The notes below the pieces were generated by a model that did not search any database, had not been told where the DNA came from, and was given only the letters and a program-made list of their open reading frames with translations. This document shows positions 16,022 through 20,000 of a stretch of 20,000 nt of DNA, one piece after another (the first letter of the stretch is position 1; each line of letters starts with the position of its first letter). Location of the stretch: the IMG/VR virus record IMGVR_UViG_3300035520_000621. One strand, 5' to 3'. A program made the position numbers and the translations under genes. The DNA comes from an uncultured virus (IMG/VR IMGVR_UViG_3300035520_000621). Taxonomy: Duplodnaviria > Heunggongvirae > Uroviricota > Caudoviricetes.

Positions 16022-16300
16022 ATGTATTATACAGACATACCCGCCACAGTTGGCGAGATACAAGCACAGCACGAAGATACCATAAGACACGGCAGCTTTG
16101 TGCGTGATGAAACACTCTCTAAATACCGCATAAACGACCGCGTAGAGTTCAACGTAGGAACACACAACCTACAAGGCAGGATTACCAACGTGAACAACCG
16201 CGGTGGATTATTCTATTACCATATCGCCACCGATGATGGCGTTTGGTATCGTAATATTGACGAACAATTAATAGTCAACTCACAATGGAACAAGAAGTAG
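16022..16300 (+). CDS. Hypothetical protein with SH3/KOW-like beta domain
   Basis: 'KYRINDRVEF......QGRITNV......YYHI.....WYRNIDEQLI'. Confidence 0.6.
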   Translation: MYYTDIPATVGEIQAQHEDTIRHGSFVRDETLSKYRINDRVEFNVGTHNLQGRITNVNNRGGLFYYHIATDDGVWYRNIDEQLIVNSQWNKK

Positions 16301-16548
16301 ACGACTTCGATGACTATAAAGTCAACGAAGCTGTATTTGCAACACTCGACCTTATCAACGAGCGCAACATGAACGACATGGAAACTATGGCGTACCTTTC
16401 AACCATATACGCTAATTGTGAGAATGCGATAGCGGATTATTACCGCAAAGAGGATTACTGCGAGCAATTGGTCAAAGGATTTATCGCGGAATACCGCGAC
16501 AAGTTCTTTACCGCAGTTGATATGTTGTTAGATGATACCACAGAATAG
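16285..16548 (+). CDS. Acidic hypothetical protein
   Basis: 87 aa, D/E-rich. Confidence 0.65.
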   Translation: MEQEVDDFDDYKVNEAVFATLDLINERNMNDMETMAYLSTIYANCENAIADYYRKEDYCEQLVKGFIAEYRDKFFTAVDMLLDDTTE

Positions 16549-16555
16549 CATAACT

Positions 16556-16813
16556 ATGAACAGATTACCATTATTGATATTCCTCGCCGTGATGACCTTC
16601 GTAGCCGCAACAGCCTACAAGATTGGCTATGACTACGGTTGTGAGGTTGGGCAAGAAAAAGAATTTAACCGATTGCAAGCATATTACGACCATGTTGACT
16701 CGTTGGCTACGGAAGTGTACAACGAATATGCCGCAATGCGAGAACTTCGCCAACAGCTAATAGACACAGTATATGACCCCGACAACACTACCGTTGCGCC
16801 CGCAACGCTCTGA
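16556..16813 (+). CDS. Membrane-anchored hypothetical protein
   Basis: N-terminal TM 'LLIFLAVMTFVAATAY' followed by 'GYDYG' and a coiled coil. Confidence 0.65.
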   Translation: MNRLPLLIFLAVMTFVAATAYKIGYDYGCEVGQEKEFNRLQAYYDHVDSLATEVYNEYAAMRELRQQLIDTVYDPDNTTVAPATL

Positions 16814-17450
16814 CATATTCACCGTTACACCGCAACGCAAGTCACTGCATGACATTGAGGATGATGAGTTGCTGTTTCGTATCGCCTATATTCCGTATGT
16901 GATTGGTGCGGTGGCGTGGGATTGGGTAGACTCAATACTCAACCAAGCGGCACAGATGCGTATATCGGCGACAAAAGGTCTTGCGCGTGGCATACGCGAC
17001 CTAAAAAAGAGCTATGACCGCTTCCGCGAAACGTCTATCTATCAGCAGTTGTGTGCCGAAGCGCAGCATCATTGCGAGTGCTTCCAAGACGGATATGCCG
17101 ATTACTTTGCCGATATGTACAAGGGCATGAAAGAGCAGATACGTTATTACTATCCGCATTTGCTCGCGCAATGGGTGGACTTCAAAGCCACGGTCTACGT
17201 GACGTTGGTTGTCATAAAGGCACTGCATCGCTACGTGGCGTGGTGCGACAAACGCATACGCGAACTGTTGGGCGGTGCTGACAATTCAATCCTGCCGCAG
17301 CATTTCCAACTGTTGTACACGTTGGCCTACGTCTACCTCGGTGACGACAACAAGGCTATCAGCATGGATGATCTAAGCGCGGAAGTCGAAGCACTGACCG
17401 ATGTAATTCATAATATCAAGTTTTCAAAAGATAAAGAAGATGGGCAATAA
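16773..17450 (+). CDS. Hypothetical helical protein
   Basis: 225-aa ORF tiling the operon. Confidence 0.7.
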   Translation: MTPTTLPLRPQRSDIFTVTPQRKSLHDIEDDELLFRIAYIPYVIGAVAWDWVDSILNQAAQMRISATKGLARGIRDLKKSYDRFRETSIYQQLCAEAQHHCECFQDGYADYFADMYKGMKEQIRYYYPHLLAQWVDFKATVYVTLVVIKALHRYVAWCDKRIRELLGGADNSILPQHFQLLYTLAYVYLGDDNKAISMDDLSAEVEALTDVIHNIKFSKDKEDGQ

Positions 17451-17910
17451 AGGTTTCAAGCAGCGGCAATATAAATGGCGTGGGCGCAGCCGCAAAGGCG
17501 TATGGTACTACGGCATTATAATATGCGTCAACAGCATAGATTGGTATATCATTCAAGAGCCAACAGCCTACGTTGATGCACACATCATTGAGTTTAGCCG
17601 GTATAATGGCGCAGTGTTCCAACATGTGCAAGCGCACACAATAGGCATTTACTCTGAATATCACGACCGCAAAGGCAAAGAAATCTACGAAGGTGACATC
17701 TTGAGAGGTCGCCGCAAATCAGAAAAAAGAAACGACATTTGGGTCGTCGAATTTGACAAACACAGTTGCCTGACATTGAGGCGTATTACACCAACCCTGT
17801 CAGGGCGTTGCAATGTTGTCTTTATTGACGAACTTGCGCGATGTGAAGTCATTGGCAACGCAGCTGAGAATAAAGAACTTTTAGAGCCACGAAATGATGA
17901 AGTACGATAA
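17440..17910 (+). CDS. YopX family protein
   Basis: 'YKWRGRSRKGVWYYG', 'TIGIYSEYHDRKGKEIYEGDIL', 'EVIGNAAENKELL'. Confidence 0.88.
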   Translation: MGNKGFKQRQYKWRGRSRKGVWYYGIIICVNSIDWYIIQEPTAYVDAHIIEFSRYNGAVFQHVQAHTIGIYSEYHDRKGKEIYEGDILRGRRKSEKRNDIWVVEFDKHSCLTLRRITPTLSGRCNVVFIDELARCEVIGNAAENKELLEPRNDEVR

Positions 17911-18139
17911 TACAAAAACGCCTGAACCAATCATGGCGAAGGCAGAGCAAGCAGTCAAAGAATTTGTGGCGAGTTTTTCAACTAAAAGAGCTTATTTAAT
18001 TGAATACAAAGACGGACGAGAGGATTTAAATATCATTCAATCAAACAGCGTACCCGATGTGTATTTTGTCAAAATGGAGATAACGGCATTAATCCCGTTT
18101 GACTTGTCAGACAAAGATAAGACGATTTACAAAGATTAG
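17894..18139 (+). CDS. Hypothetical protein
   Basis: 81-aa ORF. Confidence 0.6.
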   Translation: MMKYDNTKTPEPIMAKAEQAVKEFVASFSTKRAYLIEYKDGREDLNIIQSNSVPDVYFVKMEITALIPFDLSDKDKTIYKD

Positions 18140-18158
18140 ACTATTAATAATCAAAACA

Positions 18159-18527
18159 ATGGAATTAAACGAATACCAAAAAGCAGCGATGACAACTTGC
18201 ATGACAAGTTGTGATAACTTTGCCTACATGATGCTTAACCTTGTTGGTGAAGTTGGCGAGTTTGCAAGCAAAGTAGCAAAGGCAATCAGGAGAAAGCAAA
18301 TGATTGTATTCGATGACGACATTAGATTTGTGCTTGGCACTGATGAGCAAAAACAAGACGAGTTGTTTGACGAACTCAAAAAAGAAGCAGGCGATATTGC
18401 ATGGCAACTCGCAGGTCTTTGTCAAGCCATGGGTTGGACTTTAGAAGAAGTTTGCCAACAAAACCTTGATAAGCTTGCATCTCGCAAGCAGCGTAACGTA
18501 ATTGACGGAGACGGAGATAATAGATAA
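18159..18527 (+). CDS. MazG-like nucleoside triphosphate pyrophosphohydrolase
   Basis: 'MELNEYQKAA', 'LVGEVGEFASKVAK' (ExxE), 'KKEAGDIAWQL' (ExxD), 'NLDKLASR..R.VIDGDGDNR'. Confidence 0.92.
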   Translation: MELNEYQKAAMTTCMTSCDNFAYMMLNLVGEVGEFASKVAKAIRRKQMIVFDDDIRFVLGTDEQKQDELFDELKKEAGDIAWQLAGLCQAMGWTLEEVCQQNLDKLASRKQRNVIDGDGDNR

Positions 18528-18531
18528 GGCA

Positions 18532-18735
18532 ATGAGACGCAGAAAAGAACTACCGATAGTCACCCCTGACGTAGCACAGTCCGACCCGCACAAGGATACT
18601 CGACCTGTGCGCATTGACGCGAGAACTGTTATCTACGTACCGAGAAAGCTCAATGAACAGCAGACCGCTGAGTTTGTCGCCCGTTGGAAAGAAAATGTCA
18701 TTAAATTCAGGAGGTGCAATAAGCCGAACTTTTAA
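18532..18735 (+). CDS. Hypothetical protein
   Basis: ATG 18532; 'PVRIDARTVIYVP'. Confidence 0.6.
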   Translation: MRRRKELPIVTPDVAQSDPHKDTRPVRIDARTVIYVPRKLNEQQTAEFVARWKENVIKFRRCNKPNF

Positions 18736-18751
18736 ACGGATATTACCGCTT

Positions 18752-18997
18752 ATGCCGCGTTACCGCGCAAAGGAATTATCGTCAGGTGAATACGTTGAAG
18801 GATATTACGTTGAATACCATATACCAACATTCAATGACATCACCCACTCTTACGATAAATACGAGACGACAGCGGCATTGTTTAATGACGAATTTGGAGA
18901 ACGTGCAGATTATAGCTATTGGCACACAATTGACATTAATACGCTTGAACTAATCGAGCCTGAACGCAATCTATTTTCAAATGAAGATGAAGCCTAA
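18752..18997 (+). CDS. YopX N-terminal-like short protein
   Basis: 'RYRAKELSSGEYVEGYYV ... IDINTL'; lacks the IYEGD and GNI motifs. Confidence 0.6.
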   Translation: MPRYRAKELSSGEYVEGYYVEYHIPTFNDITHSYDKYETTAALFNDEFGERADYSYWHTIDINTLELIEPERNLFSNEDEA

Positions 18998-19723
18998 CCA
19001 CGTACACTGTTTCTTTGAGCAGTCGGGGACTTTCAAAAATGAGTTTATCAAGCTCGGCATTCCCGCTTATGACTACGACATTCAAGACAACTTTAATCAA
19101 ACCGATTACGTCATAGACTTATTTGGTGAGATAGACAAGGCGTATAGGGGGGGGTAAGTTGCTTTGATACAATAACTTGCAATGATTTAATCATCGCGTT
19201 CTTCCCCTGTATATACTTTTGTCAAAGTTCAATGATACTATTCTATTGGACGACTCAAAATTATAAACATTTATCGCAACACGATAAGACCATTGCGATA
19301 CTTGACAGAGCCGAGAAGCGCAATAATTTTTATATGCTATTGATAAAGCTATTCGCGGTGTGTAAGGAGCGAGGTTTGCGGCTAATTGTTGAAAACCCTT
19401 GGACTCAGCCACACTTCCTACGGAATAACTTTTTACAAAATCCATCATACATAGATAAAGACCGCAGCCGCAGAGGTGACTATTTCGTCAAACCTACGGC
19501 GTATTGGTTTGTGAACTGTGAGCCTTGTGACGGATTTACATATCAGAAGGGTAAGCAAATTAAGATAATAAATAATTGCAAAGGTGGAATAAAAGCGGGC
19601 ATTTGCTCAGAGGAGCGTTCAATGATTTCCTCTGATTATGCTCGCAATTTCATCTGCGACCAGATACTCGGAATTAATCAACCACAAAAAGGTAAACAAT
19701 TACATTTATTCGACAATGTATAA
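18981..19723 (+). pseudogene. C5-cytosine DNA methyltransferase-like gene split by a G8 tract (OFF frame as assembled)
   Basis: Frame from ATG 18981: MKMKPNHVHCFFEQSGTFKNEF...DKAYRGG* (TAA 19155). The -1 frame continues VSCFDTITCNDLIIAFFPCIYF...LIVENP...KPTAYW to 19723. FPC resembles motif IV, VENP motif VI, CFFEQSG motif I. Confidence 0.75.
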
Positions 19724-20000
19724 CGACATAATTACAAACACCGAAAAGGTTGACATTGGCGACATTCACTTAATTCATGGTGATTGTCTTGAAGTACTTC
19801 GGCAACTTCCAAGTGGCTCGTTTGACTTGGCGATTGTTGACCCGCCGTATGGCAATGGGCTTGCTGATGGGAACGGGGGGGTACAACCCCACTCAGGTTT
19901 CATGGAGGCGACAGGTGGAACAAATATCTCAGCAAAGTGGAACAGGTTCGGAGGGCTGTTCGACCGATACAAGACGGACAGAACACCGCAACTTGCGAGG
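19716..20000 (+). CDS. Amino (N6-A/N4-C) DNA methyltransferase, beta-class order; partial (not in ORF track)
   Basis: MYNDIITNTEKVDIGDIHLIHGDCLEVLRQLPSGSFDLAIVDPPYG...; 'GDCL' and catalytic DPPY; open to the window edge. Confidence 0.9.
   Translation, partial: MYNDIITNTEKVDIGDIHLIHGDCLEVLRQLPSGSFDLAIVDPPYGNGLADGNGGVQPHSGFMEATGGTNISAKWNRFGGLFDRYKTDRTPQLAR

Noticed and set aside
1..20000. Stop-codon reassignment (genetic code 15 or 4)
   Set aside because: Genes tile densely under code 11; TAG and TGA end genes at expected positions; the only clear internal stop is a single TAA
1..20000. Diversity-generating retroelement or retron
   Set aside because: No reverse transcriptase ORF and no TR/VR repeat pair seen in this window

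Overview
Early (integration, immunity, recombination, replication, accessory) region of a temperate tailed phage, very likely infecting a Bacteroidales host: three promoters match TTTG-N20-TAnnTTTG. The left arm (minus strand) holds a partial nuclease-like ORF, a 299-aa double-winged-helix protein, a tyrosine integrase and a repressor. Between integrase and repressor lies an apparently intact attP: a tRNA 3'-end core, a terminator, two triplets of GGTATCACA arm repeats and 10-bp phased TCGGGATAAA repeats. The window therefore probably shows the excised or virion form. The right arm is one long plus-strand early operon: Cro-like and Xis-like genes, RecE-like exonuclease plus RecT, RuvC-like resolvase, a replication pair, several YopX paralogues, GNAT, serine recombinase, MazG-like pyrophosphatase and two DNA methyltransferases. 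Most unusual signals: (1) G/C homopolymer tracts that put two genes out of frame (G8 in a C5-MTase-like gene; C9 plus a perfect hairpin at codon 3 of another gene), and a G7 tract in the adjacent amino-MTase followed by a peptide motif repeated in different reading frames; (2) a tRNA-like RNA with perfect acceptor stem and T-arm but no D or anticodon arms; (3) a highly structured 280-nt intergenic leader with a possible pseudoknot; (4) face-to-face immunity promoters; (5) a possible second Rep/ori module. All protein calls come from motif recognition by eye; no database searches were run.
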